Origin: Octopus sinensis
Taxonomy: Eukaryota
Reading direction: 5' to 3'
Length of the DNA stretch: 64,000 nt
NCBI RefSeq assembly: GCF_006345805.1
Contig: NC_042999.1
Span: 148,180,001 to 148,244,000, forward strand
Part shown: in pieces, positions 24,530 to 35,830 of the stretch
Numbering within the stretch: position 1 is the stretch's first letter
How the letters are laid out: every line of letters begins with the position of its first letter
Program-made: the position numbers and the translations under genes
The notes under the pieces: model-generated
Told to the model about the DNA's origin: nothing
Seen by the model: only the letters and a program-made list of their open reading frames with translations
Database searches by the model: none

Positions 24530-24773
24530 CAGAAACACATACACACACATACTCACGTATCCACGAACACACACATACAACATACAGGCACATATACGCA
24601 ACGCACACACTTATACACACATGGGCAGATACACACACACACATACACGCACGTAAGCGCACACACGCACACAAGCACACGCATGTACATTACGCCCACA
24701 TAACTCCAAAAAACCCCCACGCACACACGCTTACATTCACACATACATACATGCACACACACATACATACATT

Positions 24774-24805
<32 letters not shown>

Positions 24806-25397
24806 TACACACATACACACATACATACATACATACATACATACACACATACATACATACACACATACACACACACACATGCACACATACACACATACAT
24901 ACACTCACACACACATACATGCATACATACATACATACATACATACACACATACACACATACACACATGCACACATACATACATACATACATACACACAC
25001 ACCACACACACATACACACACACATACATACATACATACACACACACATACACACATACACACATACACACACATACATACATACATACATACATACATA
25101 CACACACACATACATACATACATACATACATACGTACACAGACACATACATACATACACACATACATACATACACACACACACACATACATACATACATA
25201 CATACATACATACACACACACATACATACATACACACATACATACATACACACACACACCACACATACATACATACATACATACATACATACATACATAC
25301 ATACATACATACACACATACATACATACATACACACATGCACACACACACACATACATACACACATACATACATACATACATACATACATACATACA

Positions 25398-25428
<31 letters not shown>

Positions 25429-25971
25429 GGGGTTGGCTGTATTGCAGGCGTGCGTCAATGTATGTATGTGTGTGCCTGTGGATTCACATACACCCACACC
25501 AATTTTTTCCATCAATCTTTCAATTATAAAATTTGTGCTTGCATACATATATATACACACATATAAACCTCTACATTTGTACACACACGCACATGCATAC
25601 ATACATTCACTCGCACGCACGTACACACACACGCACACACACACACATTTACATATATATACAAAACACACACACACGTACAACCACACGCAAATTCACA
25701 TACACACCGATACATATACATACACACAATATATACCTACACGCGCACACACACATACACATACGTACACACATATAGGCACAGACACACACACAGACAT
25801 ACGCACACAAAAACATGCACACACATACACATGCACACACGCACACCAATGCTCACACCCAAAACACAACGGCACGGTTACACGCATATACATCCATATA
25901 CGCTTACACACACACACATACAAACGCACACATACACGCACACACAACTACACGCACACATAATTACACGC

Positions 25972-26006
<35 letters not shown>

Positions 26007-26470
26007 TGAACCGACACATACATCCCATACACACGGCACACAATTATACATACACGCACACAATTATACATACATATATATATACACACATACGCACGTA
26101 CAAGCACACACGCACACATACACTAAGTAAAGCACAGTTATTCGCCACACACCCAAAATCTACGCATACACACACGAACACACACATACACACACACACA
26201 TACAAACGCACACATACACGCACACACACACACATACAAACGCACACATACACGCACACACACACACATACTTCAATGTCCTGACCTGTGGCCAGGACAC
26301 AAAAAAACACCACTCCTTATTCTTACAAACTAGCCAGCTACTAGCCTGTTATTTACAGCCACGACAATACACACATACACACACACACGCACACACACAC
26401 GTGTCATCATTGCACACATTTACGCACACGCGCACATGCAGACCTCCGCGCACGCACACATCCACACACA
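24530..26470 (+). repeat. ~1.9-kb compound (CA)n/(CATA)n microsatellite inside the PLE
   Basis: Degenerate CA/TACA runs; source of the His/Thr and Cys/Val-rich ORFs. Confidence 0.95.
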
Positions 26471-26763
26471 TTCCCCTCCTACATTCCTTGTCTTTGACCA
26501 TAACTCTTCTGTCTTTGAAAACATCTTTCTTCACCGTTTCTACTTCCGGTCTTTCAAAATGTGACCTCGTGTGTACCGTTGGCGATTTTTTTTCCTCTGT
26601 CTTCCCTTCTCTGGATCTTTCCTTCTCCTATGTTTCCAACGAAGAGCTCCGCTCGAAACGTTAAACCCTCCTTCTTCCCTTTATTTCCTGAGCGTCCAAT
26701 AATACTATATTTGTTCCACGTCCTCGCGTTGTTGTGTTTTTTTGTGTTTTCTTGTTTGGGTTA

Positions 26764-26830
<67 letters not shown>

Positions 26831-26832
26831 TA

Positions 26833-27036
26833 TGTGACCTCGTGAGTACCACTGGCGATTTTTTTTCCTCTGTCTTCCCTTCTCGGGATCTTTCCTTCTG
26901 CTATGTTTCCGACGAAGAGTTCCGCTCGAAACGTTAAACCCTCTTTCTTCCCTTCTTTCCTGAGCGTTCAATAATACTTTATTTGTTCCACGTCCTTGAG
27001 TTGTTGTGTTTTTTTGTGTTTTCTTGTTTGGATTAA

Positions 27037-27110
<74 letters not shown>

Positions 27111-27313
27111 TATGTGACCTCGTGAGTACCACTGGCGATTTTTTTCCCTCTGCCTTCCCTTCTCGGGACCTTTCCTTCTCCTATGTTTCCGACGAAGAGT
27201 TCCGCTCCAAACGTTAAACCCTCTTTCTTCCCTTCTTTCCTGAGCGTTCAATAATACTTTATTTGTTCCACGTCCTTGCGTTGTTGTGTTTTTTTGTTTT
27301 CTTGTTTGGATTA

Positions 27314-27318
<5 letters not shown>
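26833..27318 (+). repeat. Two additional tandem PLE terminal-repeat units with HHR motifs, separated by (TA)n
   Basis: Units 26833-27040 and 27113-27318; HHR motifs at 26905-26939 and 27185-27219. Confidence 0.9.
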
Positions 27319-27355
<37 letters not shown>

Positions 27356-27358
27356 TAT

Positions 27359-27406
<48 letters not shown>

Positions 27407-27422
27407 GTATATATATATATAA

Positions 27423-27458
<36 letters not shown>

Positions 27459-27462
27459 TGTA

Positions 27463-27690
27463 TCTTCTTTTACTCTTTTACTCGTTCCAGTCATTTGACT
27501 GCGGCCATCATGCTGGATTACCGCTTTAAAGGGTTTCAGTATAATAAGTCATATGTTTTTGTAAGCCTAGTACTTATTCCATCGGTTTCCTTTGCCGAAC
27601 TGTTATGTTACGAGGACATAAACACACCAGTATCGGTTGTCAAGTGATGGTAGGAGGTAGCGAGACAAACACACACATACGCACTCAAAT
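27463..27690 (-). mobile_element. SINE 3' part (family of 3013-3458)
   Basis: Reverse complement of CTTGACAACCGAT.CTGGTGTGTTTA...CAGCATG..GGCCGCAGTCAAATGACTG..GTAAAAGAG. Confidence 0.75.
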
Positions 27691-27709
27691 ACACACATAT
27701 ATGAATATA

Positions 27710-29334
27710 CAGTAGCGGCCAAAATGTTCAGAACGACATTGTTTTCGTCAGAAAAGTAGGTATAAGTTTTTATCAAAGATGTTTTATATTCTATAATTTT
27801 CACAGACAATAAATACGATATTATTTGTTATTGCCTGAGATGTTGGTGTAATTTGAGAGGATAATACAAAAGTTATGGATGATTTAGTGATTTACTTCAA
27901 AACCCATGGCGGCCAAAATGATCAGAGAGGTTGCTTTTACTCCGTGTTTTAGTATATTTAACCGGTGAACTCTAATGTTTTGAATTTGTTTACCTGACGG
28001 TTCGTTTACTAAACATTAGTAAGAATATTTGCAGTGTACTTTGTTAATATATGCCACTTACTCCGTTACCAATTCGTCAGCAGATTATTAAGCTTCGAAG
28101 GAAGGATAATTTAAGTATTGGATCTATTGCAAAGATTGTTAACAAGTCAAAAGTGTTGTACACGGTATTCTTAAGGTCTACGATGATTGTGGTTCGTGTT
28201 AAGCAAGAAAGTTTACAGGTAGGCCAAGAAAAACGACCAAGAGAGAAGATTGTGCTATGGTAAAGTTGGTTAAAAAGGACAGATTTAAAACTGCTGGTGC
28301 TGTTTCTCAGAAAATGAGCATTGTATTGAAGAAAACTTTATCTCGAAAAACTGTGTCTCGTCGTTTAGTTGAACATGACCTACAAGCAAGAGCACCTGCA
28401 GTGAAGCCACTGATCAGCTCCAAGAATAAAAAGTGTCGTCTTACCTTTGCAACCGAACATGTGTTGTGGTCTCAAGAAAAATGGCAAACGGTGCATTTCA
28501 GTGATGAATCTAAGTTTATGTTACTTGGCTCAGATGGGAAAAGGTACGTTCGTAGAAAAGTAGGTGAAAAATTGTCGCCTAAATGCCTTAAGACTAGTGT
28601 TAAATTCGGTGGAGGAAGTGTCATGGTTTGGGGGATGATATCTGGAGATGGTGTGGGCCCTTTGGTGCGATTACAGGGAAAGGTAAATGCAGGAGTTTAT
28701 AAACAACTTGTAAAAGATCATGTCTTGCCTGTGCTGAGAAATTCAACTAAGCGACCACCCATATTCATGCAAGACAATGCTCCATGTCACAAGGCTAAGG
28801 TGGTCATGAACTTCCTCAAGGCTGAAAAGGTTATTATTATGGATTGGCCTGCTCAAAGCCCAGATCTCAATCCTATTGAAAATGTATGGAATATGCTAGG
28901 AGAACGTTCGAAAGCCAGAAATCCTAAAACAACTGAGCAATTATGGAATGCCCTTCGGGAAGAATGGAATAAGATCACCCAGCAAGAAATTGAAAATTTA
29001 ATTTCCTCATGCAGTCGAAGATGTCAGAGTGTGATTGAAGCTAAAGGGCTTCACACTAAATATTAAATAATTCCAGTATTCTCTGTCATTTTTGATTATT
29101 TTGTTTTTTTCAACCGTTCTGATCATTTTGGTCACCATGGGTTTTGAAGTAAATCACTCAATCATCCTTAACTTTTGTATTATCCTCTCAAATTACACCA
29201 AAATCTCAGGCAATAACAATTAATATTGTATTTATTGTCTGTAAAAGTTATAGAATATAAAACTACTTTGATAAAAACTTAAACCTACTTTTCTGACGAA
29301 AACAATGCCGTTCTGGACATTTTGGCCGCAACTG
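27710..29334 (+). mobile_element. Tc1-like DD34E transposon with long IR/DR-type TIRs; transposase 28051-29066 with a 5' frameshift and stop
   Basis: ~220-bp TIRs starting CAGT(A/T)GCGGCCAAAATG, internal direct repeat GCGGCCAAAATG.TCAGA at both ends of each TIR, TA flanks; GRPRK, FSDESKF, QDNAPCH, SPDLNPIENVW (34 spacing), HTKY terminus. Confidence 0.95.
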
Positions 29335-29436
29335 TATGTGAACACACACAAACGCACGCGCGCACACTCACACACACATACACACACAATTGAATAAAGT
29401 GGAGTCAACAAGGGGTAAAAGTGGACATTTATTTGT

Positions 29437-29542
29437 TATCACTACAAGTGTTTCCACGCAACGTAGTTCTCTAGGCTTGCAGGTATTTGGTTATGTAACT
29501 TTTTTCCTGCATTATGGAATCTAGTTGTTTCCTCAGGCGATA
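29437..29542 (-). ncRNA. Hammerhead-like motif with intact core and extended stem II
   Basis: Minus strand: tatcgc-CTGAGGA-aacaactag..tgcagg..cctgca..ctacgttg cgtg-GAAAC-actt-GTA-gtgata; 6-bp stem I. Confidence 0.7.
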
Positions 29543-30177
29543 TATAAATATTGTCCCTGTAAACTAAAATACTCTGTACATTTAAGTTGAAAGTGAACAT
29601 CGACCAGGTTGTGGTTTCTTGTTAAAACGTAAATGCTGCCAAGCGTTTTTTTATGACGCTCTAATGACTCACCTCAATGCAGAAAAGATTAATCTTCTAG
29701 ATATCCATACATCAGACGACTAAACAAATTCTAGTTCTTGGCTAAGGAAGTCTGAGAGACAAAGGCGCCTCCGGAAATATTTGATTTAAGACTATCCAGG
29801 AACGTAATTAAACACCACACGATATTTGATCTGGTGTTATAGCAGTTCTACTAGTTATCGTTCCTCACTAATAAGAAATGCGGGTTTACTATTTAGGCCT
29901 GATACTTGCTATTTCGAAATTTATGCCTAGTCGATTACATCGATACCAGCACTTGTTAAGTTTATCTACTCATTTTGCAATGTAATTTGTTCGATGCAAA
30001 TGGTTTGTATCACAAAATCACGCATTTCCTGAAAATAGCAATCGAGTAAACCAATACCAGTGCCAGTGCTATTCTACTTTTTAGCTTATCGATCACTAGA
30101 AAGATGAAAGGAAAGCTAACTAAATACATTTGTCGAGAAATAACAAATTAAAGAGATAAATAAATAAATAAATTTAT

Positions 30178-31415
30178 TTTAGACGTTCCCAGTAATTAAG
30201 TCTAGTAATATTCTTTACTTTTTTACTGTAATTTGTTTGCCATGTGAGCTGGTTTCATTCATATTTTCTGCTTGCTCCATTCTATTCGACATTTTGCTGA
30301 GTGTTTTCTAAACTGTGTTGTGAAGTTTACAACTATTAATAATGCTGAGAATAAAAGAAAATACCAGTGAGAAGACTTATGTATACGAGATATTTTATGA
30401 ATGGTATAATGGAAAGAATAACGTGTAAACACACAAGATATTACACACACATCAACAGAAATATTATATCTTGTATGAATTAAATTCTCTGTAAATATAG
30501 TTCAGAATAACACCCTATAGGATTGTATATGTTTGTAAGCATGTGAAAATGTGGGTGAATGAATGTGTGCACATACGCACGCCTGTGGTTGCATGGTGGC
30601 ATTCACTACGTCCCGCATTCGATATCACCGTAACTTGGACGTATTTTACTGTGGTTGAGCCAAGACTTCAAGAGCCATATTGAGTGGCTGAAAAATATGT
30701 GAAAACATGTCGGGTGGATTTTATCGTTATTTTGAGTTTCAACCTTGTCACAAACTATCACACAAAATCTATCTGAAGGTCATATTATGGATACATCTGT
30801 CTGCGGAATATTCAACCAATTCAACGAGCAGGTATTTAAGTTGAAGTAGTACCTCAGTACTCATCGGTGAAACCGACCGAGATCCATAATGTGTTGCTTC
30901 ACAGGTTTATTTTCTATTTAATAACCATTGACGACAAAGGCTGACTAATAATGAATTTGAAAACATTTAGGTAGGGTGAATTGACCTCATTTTACAAATG
31001 GAGCTGATACAAATATTAAACTTCAAAGACATATATAAAATTCAAATTTGACCTGCTGAAAATATGTCTAGCTGGAAAATCCAAGAAAGTCATCTATGTA
31101 CGTTGCATATTGGGTGCGTATTTTTGACAAAGAAAAGTTTAGAGTCCTATAGAAATTATCCTTGACGCATGACTAGCATGTTAGTCATTACAAAGTGTAC
31201 CAATAAAAAAGCGTAAAGAAGCTTTCAAGTCAAATACAGGATATGCTATTCTTGAATATCAAGTTATAGGTTTTGATTTATATATGAACATATTCACAAT
31301 GGCTAAAGTTTTCATTCACACCCAGAAATGACGAACAAAGACGTATATGAACATAAATAATATCTACCTATCTTTCAGGCTGGTTTGTCTGTTTCCCTAC
31401 CTGTCTGTCTATGTG
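30178..31415 (+). repeat. Direct segmental duplication, copy 2
   Basis: Matches 18286-19545, with small indels (e.g. lacks the ATAGTGATGTGGGAATGGATAATTTG segment). Confidence 0.95.
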
Positions 31416-31647
31416 TGTGTGTGTGTGTGTGCATTTCTCTCTCAAGCCTTATGTCACCCTTTTGCTTCTGCTAAATATTAATATATATATATATATATAT
31501 ATATAACGACCTCTAACCCGCAAGAATAAGCAAGAGAGACACAGACAGAAGCAGAAACAAGGAAAATGCCACTTATATTTGAACACTATACAAATATTCT
31601 TTAAAAAAACTTTTCTTTTAATTTTTCTAAATTTTATTATTTAATTG

Positions 31648-31688
31648 TTACAGTTGAAAAGTCTCAATGACTGAAACAGGTACTGAAA
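31648..31688 (+). ncRNA. Degenerate minimal HHR (PLE terminal-repeat relic)
   Basis: cag-TTGAAAA-gtc tcaat gac-t-GAAAC-ag-GTA-ctg. Confidence 0.45.
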
Positions 31689-31750
31689 TGTTTTTATAAA
31701 ATTATTTTAGCATTTTCTATCTTGACTTTTTTTCCATACATATATATATA

Positions 31751-31822
<72 letters not shown>

Positions 31823-31827
<5 letters not shown>

Positions 31828-32118
31828 TTGATCACTTGACCGACCAGACCATCAGATGTTGCTACACATCGCTGGACACAATGCGTTTGCATTGTTTTAG
31901 CCTTGGAACGACGCCACCCCGCTGGCTAAGCGAGCAGGCCAACAGAAGAAAGAGTGGTGAAAGAGTACAGCAGGGATCACCACCCCCTGCCGGAGCCTCG
32001 TGGAGCTTTTAGGTGTTTTCGCTCAATAAACACACACACAGCGCCCGGTCTGGGAATCGAAACCGCGATCCTCCAACCGCGAGTCCGCTGCCTTAACCTC
32101 TGGGCCACTGCGCCTCCA
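31823..32118 (-). mobile_element. tRNA-derived SINE
   Basis: Minus head GGAGGCGCAGTGGCCCAGAGGTTAAGGCAGCGGACTCGCGG...GGTTTCGATTCCC (A and B boxes); tandem TCAAGTGA tail. Confidence 0.85.
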
Positions 32119-32146
32119 CACACACACACCACACACACACACACAC

Positions 32147-32209
<63 letters not shown>

Positions 32210-32237
32210 ATATGTATATATATCTATATATACATAT

Positions 32238-32330
<93 letters not shown>

Positions 32331-32664
32331 CGTATATATATATAGATAGCCAGATAACCGAAGAGATGGCGTTGTGGATTCCCACTTCGGCATCTGAAAC
32401 TCAGAGTTTTATCTTGACTATCGAGTAATGTAACATATTATTTTATATATATATATATATATATATACTCATTTTATTGGCATCACCATGCCTCTGTGTG
32501 TATGTGCGTGTGTAAATATCTCGCTTGGACACAGTGAGATAATAACCTGGTGTAGAACTCAATATATGCGTATGGCCCAAAACACAATGTTATATGTGTA
32601 TATCGTGTTAATAAAAACAAAGAGACGACACTGGACAAACTAAATGTTATTTAATGAACTTCAT

Positions 32665-32733
32665 CAGCTTGCACATGTTTCTGCTTTAAGGTGTGGTGCA
32701 CTCTTAGATAAGTATAAGCTTCATCAGAGACTT
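32665..32733 (-). ncRNA. Degenerate HHR-like motif with enlarged stem II
   Basis: Minus: CTGATGA-agctt...aaagca-GAAAC-at-GTG (cleavage triplet mutated). Confidence 0.4.
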
Positions 32734-34057
32734 GAATATGAACTTTATTTAGGAAAGTTATTTTCAAAACATTCAGGCGTTATGAATGAGAAAAGTATAT
32801 GTCTCAACTAAGAGGCAGCTTTTAGCTAATAAAGTACATTATATAACATTTGATTTTTTTAGAGTTTATATCTATCTTTGTTTATATCTATCTATCTTTC
32901 TGTCTGTCTGTCTGTCTGTCTGCCTATCTATCTGTCTATCTAGCTAGCTATCTATCATTTAGAATATGTAAGTAGAGATAGGAAGAGAAGGGGACGCAGT
33001 TGTCTCATAGACCTGCTTATACGTTTCCAACTGTCTGACAGGTACCGACTGGACTACCCGAATGTGCCAATGTGGATATGGACCAACCACATCGGGTCGT
33101 CCAGATTGTATTTAGATTCTATATGACAGTGGATAGGGATAGTGTAGGTTGTCCACAGTTTCACATAGTCAGCGACACAGATCACAAATTCGTGACTTGT
33201 ACGCTCGACTTAGATAAGTATCTCTCCTTCTTATTTCTCATCCTTTCTGGTTTCTTCTCCTCTCCCTTTCACCGTTCCCTCTCATCACTGACCAGAGGGC
33301 TACTAACTTTCTTTCTGGACCTTTCCTCCCTGCCTGTCTGTCTTCCTCTCTACCTGTCTCTCTCCCTCTCTTATTTTTCACCCTTTCTGGTTTCTTCTCC
33401 TCTCCCTTTCACCGTTCCTCCTCCTCCTCCCTCTCGTCGCTGACCAGAGGGCTACTAACTTTCTTTCTGTCTACTGCCTTCAACAAGTCACCATCGGCTT
33501 CTCCTGTTCTCGTAAGCTGTTCTTCAGAATGCGTTCAAATGAATTTTTCCACCGTCTAGGCTTTAAAAAGCCTTTATTGTTGGTTTCTTTGTCCTGTCTT
33601 TTACTGTTTTTATCTTTATTTGTATTTTTATTTTCTTTATTTGTATTGCTTTTACGTCCTGTTCTTGTCAACTTTTTTAACCCCTCCGCAAAAAAAATTT
33701 ATTTAATTCGCTTTGCGGGAAGGATTGTTTCAACGTAGTCGTGTTCTGCCCTTACCTTCGAAACACGCAATGAGTCGAAACAGGGGCAGCTGAAGAGGGG
33801 GAATGTTCCTTGTGTTGATTGTCATGTACTCTGTTTTTTCGTTGTTAAACAAAAGTCCGTTTCCTTGTTTTGTTTTTATGTTTTCGTTTCTCGTTGTTCT
33901 ACGTTGAGTTGTGGTGTCCTGTACCCATATATGCATGTATATATACATATAGATGTAGGTATGTACATATGCGTATGTATGCATATGTTTTATTTATTAA
34001 ATTGTTATTATATGATCGAACGCACGCGTCGTCTTCTTCCAAGTAAGTTTTATATAT

Positions 34058-34089
<32 letters not shown>

Positions 34090-34120
34090 ATATATATATA
34101 TATAATATATATATATATAG

Positions 34121-34163
<43 letters not shown>

Positions 34164-35329
34164 GTGTGTGTGTGTGTGTGTGTGTGTGTACAGAGAGAGA
34201 GGGAGAGAGAGAGAGTAGTCTACAATGAATACAGTTATCTACCTTACATTGCTTCATGATTGTTTTTCTTTTTATAAGGTCATAGTATTGCTATCATTCC
34301 AAATTCAATAACTGACTATTACGTCCATAGGAATCCAATGCCCCTCGAAATAACATCAGCCTCATAATGTACAATGCTCCATTCTGTATATTCTTTGCGT
34401 TTGCATAAAATGAACTGTTTAGATACCGTAAACATCAGACATTTAGCGATTAGATTCAATTCGTACGCGATTACTCTTCTCTCCTAATTCTATGATAATA
34501 CCATTTTTATACAGGAATGTATGTTCCTGGAATGTATTATCATATACATGTTTTCAAGTCTAATACTCGTCTGTATAACAATGCTCTTCAAAACGATTAG
34601 CGCCATATTCAGTGTGATCAGCCTCGAACAATTTGAAGCTCCCTGTTCGACATGAACATGATTAAAGTGTAGGCTCACGACCATGAGGTTGTGGGTTCCC
34701 ATCCCAGCCAATAATTTGTGGGTCCCCATCCCCTGGGCAAGTTACTTTATTTCACGTTGTTTCATTCAACTAAGATGAGATCCAACCTAATTCTTGTGCA
34801 GCTCTCTATTTTGCTCCAGCTGTCACGTCCTGGTTGTTCCACTGGATCAGAAGCAGGGAGGTCGAGGGGCTATTTGTGGCTACTCATCAAAACTGTCGAC
34901 TTCAAACAAATGGCAATGGCGTGGTACATGCTACCTGTCATCCTCGTTTGCAAGAAAAGGATGTATTGGTGTGTTTGTGTGTGTATGTGTGTTTTTCACT
35001 TGGTTAATGTTAACGGTTTAGCGAAACTTTTTTTTTCTTTCAGAGCCCAATGTTTCCAAAACAGTAATTACATATTTTATGACGAAATACTAGATACTCC
35101 CAAAACAAACACATGGATAATTCTGGAACTACCTTCATCACAGATCTGCTAAATCCGAAATCACTTATGGCTAAAAACAACAATATCAACAACAACTACT
35201 ACAACAGCAGCAACGACCTCAACGACATGGATGACGGTAACTCAACCATAATATATGATCAAATTTAAGGATCCGACATTGTTTAATATTCAAAGGTGCA
35301 ATAATTATTTTGTTACTGGTGGTTGCCTC

Positions 35330-35830
35330 ATACCAGATGATAAACTTGCAATTTTGCTAAAACTTACATTCGAACGAGTTTTTATGTTGTTAAGAGGTTG
35401 TTCAAGTTGTGTGAGAACTAGACGCAGCTCAAACATGAAATGCACAGTCTTTGCATCGTCCTACTGCAGTCTCACTTGAAACCACAGCAGGAGCAATATG
35501 CTGTCTTTTGTGGACTTTTGTAAGCGGGAGGTTCGTAATCAATGACTTGATCGTTACCAGGATCATCAACGAAGACGAGTTCTCATTTGCCCATGATTTT
35601 CACGACGTTGCGATAGACATGTCTATCACTTTTAGATATCAGAAAGAGCGTGAAAATGAGTACGTCGATAGACACGTAATTTCAAGAAAAGAAGTGAGGA
35701 AATCTGCTCTGGTCTGCCGGAAGCGTTTGAGGACAATGAAGATGCGTTTCTTACGATCGGGCGACAGGGAAGTAATCGTGGATATATATTCTTATGACCA
35801 CAAAACGAAGGCTCAATCTACAGTCCTAAA
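35330..35830 (+). mobile_element. Highly decayed mariner-like transposase fragment
   Basis: RFLRSGDREVIVDIYSYDHKTKAQS resembles the mariner FL.RIVTGDETW.Y.YDPETK.QS motif; boundaries uncertain. Confidence 0.4.

Larger units (their letters stand above)
21246..26768 (+). mobile_element. Penelope-like element bounded by ~200-bp direct terminal repeats (21246-21443, 26561-26768), each with a minimal HHR motif
   Basis: Direct repeats GTGTGTACCGTTGGCG...GG(A/G)TTAACTTT; PLE RT ORF inside; HHR-like gttt-CCGACGA-agagctccgctc-GAAAC-GTT-aaac at 21308-21342. Confidence 0.88.

Noticed and set aside
24076-26313. Long His/Thr/Tyr- and Cys/Val/Met-rich ORFs (up to 496 aa)
   Set aside because: Translations of CA/CATA microsatellite that lacks stop codons; the same applies to ORFs at 38560-39131, 6505-6865 and the (TA)n tracts
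26561-27318. Regularly spaced repeats resembling a CRISPR array
   Set aside because: Units are ~200 bp, spacers are (TA)n, the context is eukaryotic and there are no cas genes
32040-32118. tRNA-like sequences (also 47360-47432 and 48490-48560)
   Set aside because: They run into SINE bodies and lack a complete cloverleaf and acceptor stem; these are SINE heads, not tRNA genes
32960-33930. Structured, pyrimidine-rich segment with an internal ~85-bp duplication (33243/33383), possibly PLE terminal sequence
   Set aside because: No coding remnant or complete HHR core could be identified, so it is left unclassified
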